Counted from the whole stretch's first letter, positions 1 to 13,483 are shown. The stretch: 63,738 nt of DNA, filler included, from Rhizaria sp. SCN 62-66 (GCA_001724265.1; 6 parts of 6 records of this genome joined end to end with filler, not necessarily neighbours in it), one strand, 5' to 3'. Numbers and translations: made by a program. Notes: a model not told the origin generated them from the sequence alone.

Positions 1-340
1 ATTAAAATGTTGTGCACGAACTCAAACACAATTTTACGACATACCTATCAAGATTTCGTCAATAACAGCAAACGGCCCAATTCGCGACCCCCGTGTGAGA
101 AACGGCTGTGAGTCGCTCGCGCGAAGACTTGAATCGGCAAAACTACTGTGAGTGGCGATGTCACTTGATACATAGGAGTATTAAAGGAAAATACCAAAAC
201 CTATATCGAGATCATAGACAGATTATTCTATCTTCTCGTGACGGTCTCCTCATCGCAATCATATCACTTTTATGTTGATCCTCCCCAGCTCCTCTCACAC
301 ACTCTCGGGCCTGCTGCCCCGCTTCGAGCAAGCCCGCGCG

Positions 341-3300
341 ATGCTTCCGCGCAGCCCCTAGATTCCCCAGACAGCGCCCTCGGCACGAGAGCAGACGCCA
401 CGCGCGTTCCGCAAGCTCCAGCTCGCGAACGCCACCGCCATCTCGTCTCTGCTCCCAGCAGTCCCTACTTCAAGCACTGCGACCCTGGCTGTCGCTGCTG
501 CTGCCACGGCAGCGCCTGCACCGATATCTTCTCCCGAGCAGCACGACACCTCCCCCGTGCCCTCGTCTCTTGCGCCCCCGCACCGCATTCGCACCGCGCG
601 CGCGCTCGCTCCCGCCGCGCCGCTGCCCGCCGGCTCGCCCGATCCCGCTGCCCCAGCCTCGCAAGCTCTGGTGTCGGCGGCCCCCCAGTCGCAGACTCTC
701 ACTCGGCCCGCCACAAACCGCGCGCCCATTGCGCCACCCGGCTTCACGGTGATTGCCGGCCCCGCGCTGCACGCCGCGCAGCCGCAGCGCCGCGCTGTGA
801 CGCTCGCAACCGCCACAAGCTCGAGCTCGAGCTCGAGCCCGAATGTGAATGCAAGTGACGCAGGTATGGGACTCAGCGCGAGCTACGGCGCCGCGACGGG
901 TGCCGGCGGCGTGCTCGCGACTACGGACACTGCGAGCGCGATTAACCGCGCTCTCAGCTCGCGCGCGGGCGGCGTGCGCTTCAATTTACCGAGTCCACGC
1001 AGCTACGCTAACACTCTCGCAAACTCTAATACTCTCGCAAACAACGCATATGGCCCGGCGTCACCGGCGCTGTTGCCGCCGCTCTCCCACCCATTTTACG
1101 CTACCTCGTCATCCTCGTTTTCTCCCACATCACTTGTGCCCGCTACAGCTCCGCCCGCGTCAATGTCTGCGTCTGCGTCTGCATCAGGCTTATCGCGGCC
1201 CTACACCGCCGCGAGCGAGCTGGTCAACGCCGCCGCGTGCTCCGCCCTCGCCCTGTCCGCCTCCGTGCAGACGGACTTGCTGTTTCGCCACGCGGCCGCC
1301 GCCGCTGCGGCGCGCCGCGCGCTGCTGCGGGCCGCGCGCGCGCGGGCGCGGGCGCTCGAGCGCGCGCTGCTGCGCGAGGACCGTGCGCTCTGGCTCATTT
1401 CGCTGCTGTTGGACGGCGGGGGCGCGCACGGCGCCGACCTGGCGGCCGCGGGCGTTGGCAGCAGCGACAGTGGCTGTGATTTGCGTGGTGGCGAAGCTGG
1501 CTTCAGAGAGAGCAACAGCGAGGAACAACATCTGCTTCAACAGCAACAACACTATAGCGCTGGCTCTGGCGCGAGTGCTGCGCCTGGGGTGTCGCTGGCC
1601 GTGCTGGAGGCCGTGCGCGCTCTCGAGGCGCGGGCAGCGCGGGAGATGCCGCGCGCACTCGCGCTCATTGCAGACACATCGGGCGGCGCGAACCATGAAG
1701 ACGACGCCGATGCTATTGACAACGCGCTCATCGACGCTCCTGTTAACGATGGAACTGGCGATGACGAGGGTGCGCAGCTGCAGTGCGCTCTGGACAAGCA
1801 ACGCAGCGCGGCCAGCGCAAGTGCTGCTCTCGCGATCGCCGACGCCGGCGACGACGTTGACACTGCACGCGCCCTGCGGACAGATTCAGTTATTTTTCCC
1901 TCTGCGGCGAACTCCGCCACAGCGCGCAACAGCGGTAGCACTGCAGCCGCGACGCGCTCACTTAACACCGGTGAGAATAGTCAAGACGACGAAGACCCTG
2001 ACACTGCTGACGACGATGACGAAGACAATGTTGACGGCGACAGAGATGCTGGCGACTGCAACAGCAGCAGTGCGAAAGCCGCCCACCGCGTACGTCTGCT
2101 GCGCTTCTTACGCGTCGCCGCTCGTTTCGCGCCGGCAGCGGTGCTGCTCCGCGACGCCGACTCCGTCTCCTCCTCCGCGCAGACCGCGAGTCCCACCGCC
2201 TGCGCGGTCGGCGCGGCGTCGGGGTCGGCGGCCAGCACGGCGCGGGCAGCGCTGGCGGGCGCCATGCGCGCGCGGGACGGCATGCGGCCCGCGCTCCTCG
2301 CGCTCACCCACGACAACGACAGCCTGCACAACGCTGGCATCGGTTCGCAGGCTCAACAAGACGGTCGTGGCGCGACGGCGACCGGCAGTTTTGCCGCAAC
2401 TGGTGGCAACACTACGAGCAGCAGCGCTCAGGTCGCCTGGGGCGAAGTGCCTAAGCCTGGCTTCCCGCTTATCTTCTCGAATAACACAGCGATGCGCCCC
2501 CACGCGGACTCCGCCAATAATGGCCACGAGCCCAGCGGTGCGAACCCGCTCGTCCCCCTATCTTCGTCATCGTCATCATCCGCGCTGCACGCCGCCAGCC
2601 TCGGCAACTGCAACGGCTCCCACGACCTGGTCGCCGCGCTGCAATCGGCGCAGTCGCGCATCATCGCCCTCTCGGAGCGCGTCATCGGCCTTCAGTCCAC
2701 CGCGTTGGCGGCCGCAGACCGGCGCCGCGCCGCACGCCGCCGCGCCGCCGCCGCGGGCGCGGTGCTGGAGCGCGCCCACTCGCGCGCGCTGGCGCTTGCC
2801 GCTGCGGCCGAGGCCCGTGCCACAGCGGCGACGGACGCGCTTCACGCTGCGCGGGCCGCGGCCCGCGCGGCGGCGGCGGCGGCGGCCACGCAACGGGGGC
2901 GCGCCGACGCGCTCGAGACCGCTTACGCGGACGCAATTGCCGAGGCGGAGGCCGCGCGCGCCGAGACCGAGGCGGCGCGGGCGGAGACCGCCGCGGCGCG
3001 CGCAGTAGCCATGCGCGCTGCGCGGGCTGCGGCCGCCGCTGCTGCCACCGGCGCCGCCCACGACGGCGCCGACAGCGACGACGGGGCGGCGTTCCGCGAG
3101 CAGGTGGTTACCGCGACTGCTGGGGGCGTGACCGTGGCCAAGGGCGGCGCGGAGGACCCCCATGCGGCCGTGCAAACCGACGCGACGGCGGCGTCGCCGT
3201 CGCCGTCGCCGCCGCCGGCTCCGACGCCCGGTGGTGGCGTCACTGTCGCTGAAGCGCCGGTGTTCAGTGCGGGCGCCGCTGGCTCGCCGCCGGCTGCTGC

Positions 3301-5898
3301 TCCGGCGCGGCTGCAGAGCACTGTGCGTTGCGCAGGCGCGCGCGCTGTGCCCGCCGTCGCTAGAATCGCAGCCGCAAATGAAGAATTTACAAATGCGTCT
3401 GTCAATGCTACGGCTTGCGTGCCCGCTGTGGGCGGCCACGCCGCTGTCGCAGTTTCTGTCGATCAGCCTGCTAGCGTTGCGCACCGCAGTGCGGCTCCTC
3501 CGACAGTCATGACTGCGTTGCGCGATGAATCTGTTCCTGCTGCTGTTGCAGTTGCTGCTGCTGTTGCTGCTGAGGGCGACCGCGGGTTGTTGCGTAGTCG
3601 TGGCCGCGACACGCGGACTCCGAGCACTGGCGTGGCCGCTGCTTATGGTCACTCGGCTGCCCATAGTCACCTGGCAGCGCCGCCCGCCAGTCAGCGCGGA
3701 CAGTCACAAAGTAGTCACAGTTCCAGTCGTGCTGAAGGTGATAATCACAATCACGGGCACGGCCACGGCCTCAGCCATGGGCGGCGGAGTGGTCGCCACA
3801 GTCGCCAGCCCAGTCACAGCAGCCCGGTTGCGGATTTGCACGGCGCGTCTATGCCGCAGATCGTTGCCACAGAACGTGTGGCAAAGAACGAAGTGCCGGT
3901 CAGTAACAACAACGGCGCTCTGTCGACTGCTTATGAAGTGACCGCTACAGCCGCGTCCAGTGTTGCTGAGCCGGCCCTGGCGCGGAAGCGCTTCCACAAG
4001 AAGGACCTGCATTGCGATGAGTCCTTGACGGACGGTAAGAAGTCGTCTAAACGCGACAAGCAACAGCCGTCTAGCGCGGCTGACAGAGCAAGGAAGCCTC
4101 AGGCCAGCGCGACCAGAAATGCTGCATCAGATGATGCGAAACACGGCCGTCATTCGAAGAAAGACAAAGCACATCATCACAAGCACAAGGGCCACAAAGA
4201 TTTCGAGCGGGATCACCATGCTAGTGCAAAAATTGCTGCGAAGCATGGTGAATCAAAGGACGTCTTAGCGGAGTCTATGGTAACACATAAGGAGCGCAAG
4301 CCTTCGCGTTCCCACTGGCAAGCGACTACTGGCGACTGTGATCACAGCATCAAGTCTAGTCGTGACCGTAAACGCAGTGGGAGCAAGCACCGCATGCGCA
4401 CTGATCGCGAACATGACCGTGAGTGCGGCGGGCGTGCACACGATGCTGCCCCCGCATTGTCCGCTTCTGCAGATCTCAACGCCAACGGTGCGCCCACGGC
4501 TGCAGTGTCTGCCCCCTCGGCAACGGCCGCTGCGATTCGCGTCCCCTCTGCTGCTGCTGAGGACAATGTTCAGACACGCTCTGTCAACGATAGGGCTGAT
4601 GACGCAAAGATCACGAACACCGATGTGGTGCGCAATGATGCGGCGCTCAACAGCGATGATAGCGACAGCAGTAGCGCTGTTGACGCCGCGCCGAGCGCAT
4701 CTGCGACTGACTGGTCTGCGCCGGTTGCTGCTGTTGATGTGGACACCGCGGCTGACGCCGTTCCGACGACCACGGGCTCTGACTCGCAGTCGCGTTGTGG
4801 TGATGCGCGGTCGCGTTGTGATGACTCGCAGGCGCGGTCACGGCTGCAGACGCGGTCGCCCAGTGAGGCTCAGTCGCCGCGCTCTCAAGGATCACAATCG
4901 CGCGCGCAGTCGCCTGTTCACTCCAGCTCGCGCTCTCGCTCTGGCTCTGACGGGGGCCCAGACTCAGTCTCTGCGCGTGACTCCGAATCTGACGGATCAA
5001 GTCAGAGTGACAGTTATCGTGACGGCTACAGCAAGAGCTACAGTGGCAGTGACAGCGAGTATGACTCGCACAGCGGGAGTGATGATCCCAGCGACAGCCA
5101 CAGCCACAGCCACAGCCACAGCGACTCTGACAGTGCGAGTGAAAGTGAAAGTGAAAGCGAAAGCGAAAGCGAAAGCGACGCTTCCTCGCCTACCGACACC
5201 AAGCTCACCATCACGCTCGCGCCCACGCCTGCCCCCGGTGCGGCCCCACCCCGCGCGACCGCCGGCACGGCCGCCGGCACACTGGCCCCTTCGGGGCCCG
5301 CAGTGCGCCCCGCTCTGTGCAGCGTTTGCGCGGGCTCCCTGGCCGCGACGCCGGCCTCCGCCGCTGCGGCTGCCGCAGTGCTCGCCGCAGCGCACGCCGA
5401 GGCCGCTACGCTGCGTGCCAGGCTTGTCCAGGCCGAGGACGCGCGCGCAGCAGCGCTCGACAAGGCTGCTGCAGCTGCGGAAACTGCCTCGGGCTCGCGA
5501 GTCGCAATGACACAGGTACGTAATATCAATCATTCCTCAAAGCAAATATTACTTTTAAAAATAATTCTACTTTGTTTTAATATCGACTTTATTTTACGCA
5601 TCTAATATGTTTTTTCTTGTCACATTTGTTATCCATAATTTAGGCGATCAAGAACCTGCTCGCGCTGCAGGATCAGGCACAGGAGTCCCGCGAGGCGCGC
5701 GAGGCCGCGGACCGCGCGCGCCGCGCGCTGCTGCAGCGCATCGCTGAGACGGACACGCAGGCCGGTCTAGCCGCGGCCGACAGCGCGCGCGACCGCGCCC
5801 GCGCCTTCGAGGCCGAGGCCGCCGCGTCCGCCGCGCGCACTGCCGCTGCCGTCGACGCACGCGCGCTAAGCACGGCGCGCGCGCAGCTGGCCGACGCG
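341..5898 (+). CDS. Large low-complexity/coiled-coil hypothetical protein, 3'-partial; exons 341-5515 and 5644->5898; in-frame TAG at 359-361
   Basis: The frame of ORF 557-5605 extends upstream through a single TAG to ATG 341 (MLPRSP*IPQTAPSAREQ...). Donor CAG|GTACGT at 5515/5516, AT-rich intron, acceptor TTTAG|GCG at 5643/5644. Exon 2 continues as coiled-coil-like AIKNLLALQDQAQESREARE... up to the linker. The start is uncertain: in-frame ATGs also occur at 272 and 866. Confidence 0.65.
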
Positions 5899-5998
5899 NN
5901 NNNNNNNNNNNNNNNNNNNNNNNNNNNNNNNNNNNNNNNNNNTTAATTAATTAANNNNNNNNNNNNNNNNNNNNNNNNNNNNNNNNNNNNNNNNNNNN
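5899..5998. other. Artificial contig linker (N44-TTAATTAATTAA-N44)
   Basis: An identical 100-nt block with stops in all six frames occurs five times in the window. Confidence 0.98.
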
Positions 5999-8900
5999 GA
6001 CGGCGCCGCGGCGGCCCGCGGCGGCAAGCGCGGCGGCGGGCGTGCGGAGCCCGTGCTGGGCCCGACGGGGCGGCCGCTGGGCGTGCTGCCCGCGCTCGTG
6101 CGGCGCGCCACCACGGGCCCCGGCAGCGGCAGCGCCATCGGCACGGCCACGGCGCGCACGGTCTCCTCGGTGCCCGCGGCGCCCGCCGGGGCGGCTGCGG
6201 CGGCGATGGGCACGGCGCCGCTGCAGTCGCTCCCGGCGGGCAGCGTGCGGCCCGTGGCGTTCCCCACGTCGGCGCACCCGGGCGCGGGCCGCGCCGTGAG
6301 CCACTACGGCGACGGCTACGGCTGCCGCGACGGCCACAGCAGCAGCAGCGACGGCGACGGCGAGTTCGACGGCGTCACCGGCACCTGGCGCCGCAAAAAG
6401 CACGGCAAGAGTAGCGTTGGCAGCGGCGGCGGCAAGTCGTCGAAGAGCGGCAAGAGCAAGAGCAAGATCGACGAGGTGGGCAAGTTCAACACGGTCGAGG
6501 CCAAGCTGGCGGCGCTCGAGTGGGACGCGCGCCATGCCGGCCGGCTCTCGGCGGCCTTCGCTGAGGAGCGCGACCAGGCTGCCGCGGCGCGCGCGCGCGC
6601 GGACCAGGCCGACGCCAGCGCGTTCCCCATCGACGCCATGCACCGCAGTCTTGCGTTGTACCGGCTGGCGCCCAAGACTGCGGCGACGACCTTCGCCAGT
6701 GGAAGCCGCACCGGCGTCAGCGCCCTCGACGGTGGCGGCAGCGGCGCGGGCGTCGGCGCGGGCGCGCTCGCGGCGTCGGCGGCCAAGCCCAGCGCGGCCA
6801 ACGCGCGCAGCAGCCTCTCCGACGCGGTGGCAGCAGCGGCCGCTGCGTCGGTGGACGGCAACAGTGCCGCCGGCAAGGACAAGGACAAGGGCAAGCAGAT
6901 GATCTCGCTGTCGGACGAGGACGCCGCGCTGGCTGCCGCCGCCGCCGCTATCGAGCTCTCGCCGCTCGCCGCGTCCTCTGCGGCCCCCACGGCCGCGCAA
7001 ACCGGCAGCGGTGGCAGCAGCGGCAGCGGCATTGCGCCGCTCATCGCGCTGCCGCCGCCCAACGTGCCCGGCACCGCGCCCGTCACGCTGTCGGACTCCG
7101 TGGCGGACTCGGCACTTGACAACTCGCGCACCGCCTCCGTCGCTGCGCACAGCCCCCGCGGCAGTCCCCGCGCCAGCCTGCGCGCCGCTTGGTCCCGCAG
7201 CCCCGCGAGTCCGCCCAATCCCTCGAGCCCTTCCAGCCCGTCGAGCCAGACCAGCGTTGGCCGCGTCGCTGCGGAGCCGGAGCTGGACGAGTCGTCCGCC
7301 GCCGCCGCCGCGGCGGCCGCGGCCGCCGCGTCGATGGCGGCGCTGGAGAGCTCGATCTCGACGTCGCGCGTGCCCGAGTTTGCCTTCGCGCTGCTGCACC
7401 CGCCGCGCCTCAAGACGTACCTGTTCCCCGCCGCTGTCCCGCTGCCCGGCAAGTGTCTCACCGGCTCGCACCGCTTCTCGCTCGAGAACAACAGCAACAG
7501 CAGCCGCTACGGCAACAGCAGCGGCGGCAACGCGGGCGCGGAGGAGCCGTCTAATCCGACCACTGCCACCGCCACTGCCGTAACGACTGCCGTGCCCACG
7601 GCTGCGCCGACGCCGACCGCGACCGGCGCGCGGCAGCGCGAGCCGGCGCTGCCCACGGCGATGGCCGAGGCCGCTGCAGCGACGGCGGCCGCGGCAGCTG
7701 CGGCGGCGGCGAGCGAGCCTGGTCTGGCGACGATCACGATCACCACCGCGGCGCGCGCGGCCGCCACCGTGTCATTGGCGGCGCGCGTGGCGTCCACGGT
7801 CGACGCAGAGGCGCTGACCGAAGACGAGGACGAGGCCGCGCTCGCGCTCGCCACCGCAAGGGTCGCCAACGAGGCCAACTTGCCCACGAGCTCACAGCTG
7901 CAGAAGCAGCAACAGCTGCAGCAGGCTGCGCAGCGGAGAGCGTCGACGTCGCTGTCGATGTCGCCGACGCACCTGGGGTCCGCGTCCCCCTTCGCACCCT
8001 CCCCGAGCTCCGGCACCCGCGCGCTGCCGCACGCCCACAGCCACGCACAGGCGCCAGCGCTCGGCCAGAGCGGCGCCGCGCCACATGCGTCCGCGCCGCA
8101 CGCGTCTGCGCTGGGATCGATGTCGCCGCCGGCGCCGTCCTCGGGCCGCGCGAGCGGGAAGTTGCTGGGGCGGCCAAGCTCCGTCTCGCTCTCGATGTCC
8201 CCCACCGCGGCCGCCGCCACGCGCGCCGCCGTCCGCGCGGGCGATGGCACTGGCGACGGCGACGGCGACGCTGAGGCGCGCGACTCGGGCGACACGGGGC
8301 GGCTTAACTTCTCCGCCGACTTCACCGACTCCAACGACAACGTGAACGCCACCGTCACCACGGATGCCGCGCCGCCCGCGACTGGTGAGAGCGCCGGCGG
8401 CGAGAGCGCCGCGGTGATCGGCGCGGCGCTGGGCGTGGACTCGGGTGACGCCGAGACGGCTGCGGCCGCGGTGCGCATGCGCTCGCGCCGGTCGACGCTC
8501 TCGCGGCAGCGCTCGTTGTCGGGCTCGCCGCTGCCGCTGGCCGCCGACGCGATCCTCCAGCACCAGCTGCAGCAACAGCAGCAGCAGCAGCTGCTGCGCA
8601 CGGGCAGCCCCGCTGGCAGCGCGCGGTCGGGCGCCACCCCGCGCCTGTCTCCGCATGGCAGCGCGCGCGGCACGGCGGGCCCCGGCGCGTTCGACGCGCT
8701 CACGCTCTCGCTCACCGGCAGCGGCTCTGCTGCGGCCGGTCTTGGCCCTCTCTCGCTCAACCGCATGTCTTCCCTCAGCGGGAGCCACTTCGGCAGTGGC
8801 GGCGGCGGCGGCGGCGGGCACGGGAACGAGGCTGCAGCGAGCCTGCTGACTGCGCTAGGGCTGTCCCCGGCCTCGCCCTCGGGCTCCGACGCCTATTCGA

Positions 8901-11900
8901 GCGCGGGCTACGCGGGCAGCGGGCTCGCCGGGCCCGTCGTCATCGGCGGCGGCGTCAGCCGCATCGACACGCCCTCGCTCGTCTCGTCGTCACGCGGCGG
9001 CGGTGACCGCTACGGTTCGCACTCCCCCGCCCCTTCCGGCACCGGCACCGGCGCCAGTACCGGCGCCGGCGCCGGCGCAGGGCTCGGCGCGCGCGCGGGC
9101 GTCTCACCCCGCGCAGGCTGCAGCAGCGCCGCCGCGGGCGGGTCACCGCACAGCCTCGCCAGCAGCTCCAGCGGCGGCGCCGGCGGCGGCGGCGCGGGGT
9201 CGCAGACGGTCGGGCAGCTGCTGCGCCGCACATCCCGCGCCGCCGCGGCCGCATCGCCGCAGCCCACGTCGGCGTATTTGCTCACGCCGATGATGGCGCC
9301 GTCGCTGCGCATCTCGCGGCCCGTGTCGCGCGCGCCGTCCCGCGCGCCGTCGCGGGCCCCATCGCAGGCGCCGTCGCGGGCCCCGTCGCGCCCGCATTCG
9401 CGCTCGGGCAGCCGCCACGGGTCGCCGGCGCTGTCGCCGGCCCCGCACTCGCGCACCAGCGCGCGCTCCTCCACCGCCGCCGGCCACGTCACGGCCGCTG
9501 GCGCCGCGGGAGCGCACGGGGTCGCGGGGGCGCACGCGGCGGGCAGCGAAGACGAAGACGGCGCGGCGCCCGCGATGGTGCGCGCGACGACCGTGGGCAC
9601 GCTGTTCCTGCACGCCAACGTCGACGCCGCCGCCGCCGCCGCGGTCGCCGCCGCGCGCGCCGGCTCCCGCGCGGGGGGCGACGACTCGAGCGACACGGCG
9701 TCTGACACGCACTCGCATGTGCACTCACACTCGGTCCTTCACTCGCGCTCGCGCTCGCACTCGCGCTTGCAGCCGCAGGTGGGCGGCGTCGGCGCCAGCA
9801 GCGGCAGTGGTGGCGTCGGCAGCGGGACAGGACGTGTCTACCCTGACCAGCCGCAGTTCCTGGCCTCCGCCTCCGCCTCGATGCCGACCCACCTGCACTC
9901 AGCCCTCCCCGCCGCCGCGCCCGCGGCCGCCGGCGCCGGTCTGGACCCGCTGGACAGTGACGAGGAGAGCAAGTTGACCCAGTCCGCGTCTGCGTCGCGC
10001 GCGATGGGCGCGCTCTTCAGCTTGCACGAGGCCACGCTCGCGGACTCGGCGCGCCGGCCCTCGCCGGGGCTGCCCACGCCGCTGCGCGCGCCGGGGCTCT
10101 CGCGGGCCGGCAGTACTGTTACCGCCGCGCAGCACAGCCCAACGGCCGCAGCCGCTGCCGGCGGGAACGCGGTGCACGCGAGCGGCAGTGTGCCGCCCGA
10201 GATGCAGCAGAAGCTGTCGGTGATCATCATCAACCCGCCCAGCGAGCGCGATAGCAGCCACGTCGAGGACAACCGCAACGACAACAACGAGCACCACGAC
10301 AGCAACAAGTACAGCAGCAGCAGTAGCAGCAGTAGTAGTAGCAGCGACCACAGCGACAGCGGCGTCCCGCTCGTGCTGCCGCCGTCGGCGCGCGCTTCTG
10401 GGCAGCTTCTGCACCCCGTGTCCGCGACGCAAAACGACCTTACGACAGACGCCGCTGCTGGCGAGTCCCCGGCGCTGTCGGCCGCCAGCAGCAGCGCGAG
10501 CTTTGCGGGCAACATCGACGCGCTGTCTGCATTGCCGCTGTCCCCGCCGGTCGTGGTCATGCCTCTGCGCAACCCCAACTCCAACCCGAGCCAGAACAAT
10601 AATGCTAGTTTCACTGCGACGCCCCCCGCGCACGCGCATGCGCAGATGGTGGTCCTGCCAGGCCACATGCGCCCGCTCGCGGCGTCGAGCCGCAGCGATT
10701 ACTATGACGACAGCTGCAGCGACAGCAGCGCCATGACCGTTTCAAGCAGCAACCACGACGGCGAGAACCACGCCGGGCTGCCCTGGCCCACGCCGCCTCT
10801 GGGCGCGGACGCGGACGTAATGGGCGGTTCGCCGCTGCAGCGCCGCGGGGACCGGCGCGGAAAGCGTGAGCTGCGCCGCGCCAACCGTGCCGCTGCACGC
10901 GAGGCGCGCGCGCAGGCCGAGATCGACGCCGCCGCCGCCGCCGTTGTCGCCGCGGTCACGGCGGCCTCCCCGGCCATGCCCATCCCGCAGCCGCTGCTGC
11001 AGTCGCAGGCGCAAGCGCTGGGACAGCAGCCTTTGCCGTTGTACATCGATGGGGCCCGCGCCGGGAGCCGTCGTGGCAGCCGCGTCGGGAGCCGCGCGGC
11101 CAGTCGCACTGGCAGTCGCATCGGCAGCCGCCGCCCGAGCCCCGGGCTCGTCGACTTCGGCTCCGGCTCCTTCGGCTCCGGCTCCTTCGGCCCCGGCTCC
11201 GGCTCCGGCGTGTTTGACCCGCTTCAGCAGCCCGCATGGCCGCCGCTGATGCGCCCGCTGGCCGTAGCCACCCCGCGCGCCGGCACGCTCGGCGCTGGTT
11301 CGTTTGGCCCGGGCTCGTCGGGCGCGGTGCTGCGCGACCGCAGCGGCTCGCGCGCTTCGCCGCAGCTGACACCCCACCTCACACCGCAGCAGACGCCACG
11401 CGTGGGGCCGCGCGCCGCGCTGGGCGGCCGCCCCGGCTCGCTGCTCGAGGTCCCGCCCTCGCCGTCGCCTTCCAACGCGGGCGCCCTAGGCGCTGGCGGC
11501 GACCGCGGGCCGCGCCAGTCTGTGCGCCGCTCGTCGCTGCGCGAGTTTACCGACCTCTCGCGCTTCCGCCACTCGCCGCAGCCCGACGGCGCCGCCGCCG
11601 CTGCTGCTGCGGCTGCCGCGGCCTCGGGCAGTGTCGGCGCCGTCGTCGCCGCCGCCGCGGTCGCCGCCGCCGCCGCCGCCGCCGCCGCTGCGACGGACCC
11701 CGACGCGCTCCCGCCCATAGGGCTACTGCAGCAGCGCTCGCTGTCGCCCGCGCCCCACGGTGGCGCTGCCGGCGCTGCGGGCGCGGCTGCGGGCTGCTGA
11801 CGCTGCCGCTGCACGTACTGCGCGCGCTCACGCTGCAGCAGCTCGAGCCGGGCGCTGCGCCCGACACGGCGCTCGCCGCGCTGCTCGCGCGCCACTACAC

Positions 11901-12936
11901 CGCCGTCAACTCCGCCGCGGCCTCCGCCGCCGCGGCCTCCGCCAGCGACGGCAGCGGCGGCGGCAGCGGCGGCGGGCTGACTGCGGCCGAGGTCGAGGTC
12001 GTGGCGTTCCTTTCGAGCGCGGACTCGGTGCTGCTGCCCCAGCGGTCGGATGTGTACGCGGCGACGGCGGACGAGCTGGCCGCCATCGTCGCCGCCGGGT
12101 TGCCGCTCAACGTCATGTGGGTGCTTAACTACGTCAACGCCACCGGAAGCTCGGTCGAGTCCATGGCCGCGCTGGCGGCCGTCACGCGGCGCGCGCGCGA
12201 GCGCATCGAGGCCGAACAGCACGCGCTCTTCGACTTCCTGTCTGCCGCCGAGGCGCTGCTGCCGGTGCGCAACAACTCGCTGGGCGTGTGCCGGCAGATC
12301 GTAGCCGTGATGGGCTTCGACGCCGTGCTGTGTCTGCGCTCGGCCGCGGAGCGCAAGGCGTCGAACCGCTCGGGCACGGTCAGCGAGCTGATCCGCATTC
12401 TGCTGGGGCAGCAGCTGCTGATGGCCAACAAGGCCATCTTCGCGCCCGCAGGGCTCATCGGGCCCGTGGACAAGCCGGCGTCGCACACCACGTTCTTGAC
12501 CTCGCGCTCAGTCAAGGAGGAGGCGCTGGCTCACATGTACAGCCGCATCGCCAACCAGCTTGAGGCCGAGGACGACGAGGCTGCCACTGCGTCTGCGACC
12601 GCGTCGGCAATAGCGGCTGTGACGGAGGCCGAGAGCGCGACCGCAGCGGAGACGGAGACCGAGGCCGAGACGCAGGCCGGCTCCTCCTCGGCCGCTGCCA
12701 TGGCGGCCGCGACGGCGGACGAGGCGACCGATAGCGGAAGAGCTGTTCTCTCGAAAGCGACGCCCAAGACGAGAGTCGGCGACGGCGGCGACGGCGGCGG
12801 CGATGGCGACAAGACGAGGACTGCTGCTGCTATGACGGTGCTGCCCATCCCCGTGTCCCCGCGAGACCGCGCGCGGCTGCGGAGGACGATGTCTGTGTCG
12901 TCAACCGAACGTGACGACTCCGACAGCAGCGTCTAA
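5999..12936 (+). CDS. Large Ser/Ala/Gly-rich hypothetical protein, 5'-partial, with one apparent -1 frameshift near 11760-11800
   Basis: The frame of ORF 6053-11800 is open from the contig edge. After about 11790, coding-type codon usage moves to the frame of ORF 11236-12936 (LLTLPLHVLRALTLQQLEP...), which ends in TAA TAA followed by an AT-rich tail. Confidence 0.65.
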
Positions 12937-13284
12937 TAAACTGAGCAACGCATTGATGCAGGCTAACAGTCGCGTGCACAACTTGGATTGACAGATTAAC
13001 ATGTTGGTTTATTCCCGGTTATATTAGTTTCATACATGTATTTTAAAAACAATATCAATCAATCAATACATATGATTACATTTCCAATCAAATCAACGAT
13101 CGCAAGCTACGTTTACTTTCATTGCAGGATTAGAGGAGCCCAAGTAGAAATGAAACTGAAAGTAGTTTGTTTATTCAAGCTGTACATAGAGACGTCATGT
13201 CTTTAGACACGCGTCGATTTGATAGAAAAATGGGGTAGAACAGAACAAGAACTGCGCGTCAACATCGTGTGTAGGCAAGGGCGC

Positions 13285-13380
13285 TTAGAAGCACTTGCGG
13301 TGGACGATGGTGGGGCCGGACTCGTCGTACTCCTGGCGGGTGACCCACATGGTCTGGAAGGTGGAGAGGTAGGCGAGAAT
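13285..13380 (-). CDS. ACT: Actin, C-terminal 31 aa (5'-partial)
   Basis: Translates [34 protein letters not shown], matching the conventional actin C-terminus ([31 protein letters not shown]). Not in the ORF track. Confidence 0.95.
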   Translation of the reverse strand: MLAYLSTFQTMWVTRQEYDESGPTIVHRKCF

Positions 13381-13381
13381 G

Positions 13382-13481
13382 NNNNNNNNNNNNNNNNNNN
13401 NNNNNNNNNNNNNNNNNNNNNNNNNTTAATTAATTAANNNNNNNNNNNNNNNNNNNNNNNNNNNNNNNNNNNNNNNNNNNN
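13382..13481. other. Artificial contig linker
   Basis: N44-TTAATTAATTAA-N44. Confidence 0.98.
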
Positions 13482-13483
13482 TG

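Noticed and set aside
118-135. GCGAAG-(A/-)YTTGAA here and at 35101-35114 (minus strand) as CDE/CHR-like cell-cycle promoter elements
   Set aside because: Only two short, imperfect matches; too weak to call without genome-wide enrichment.
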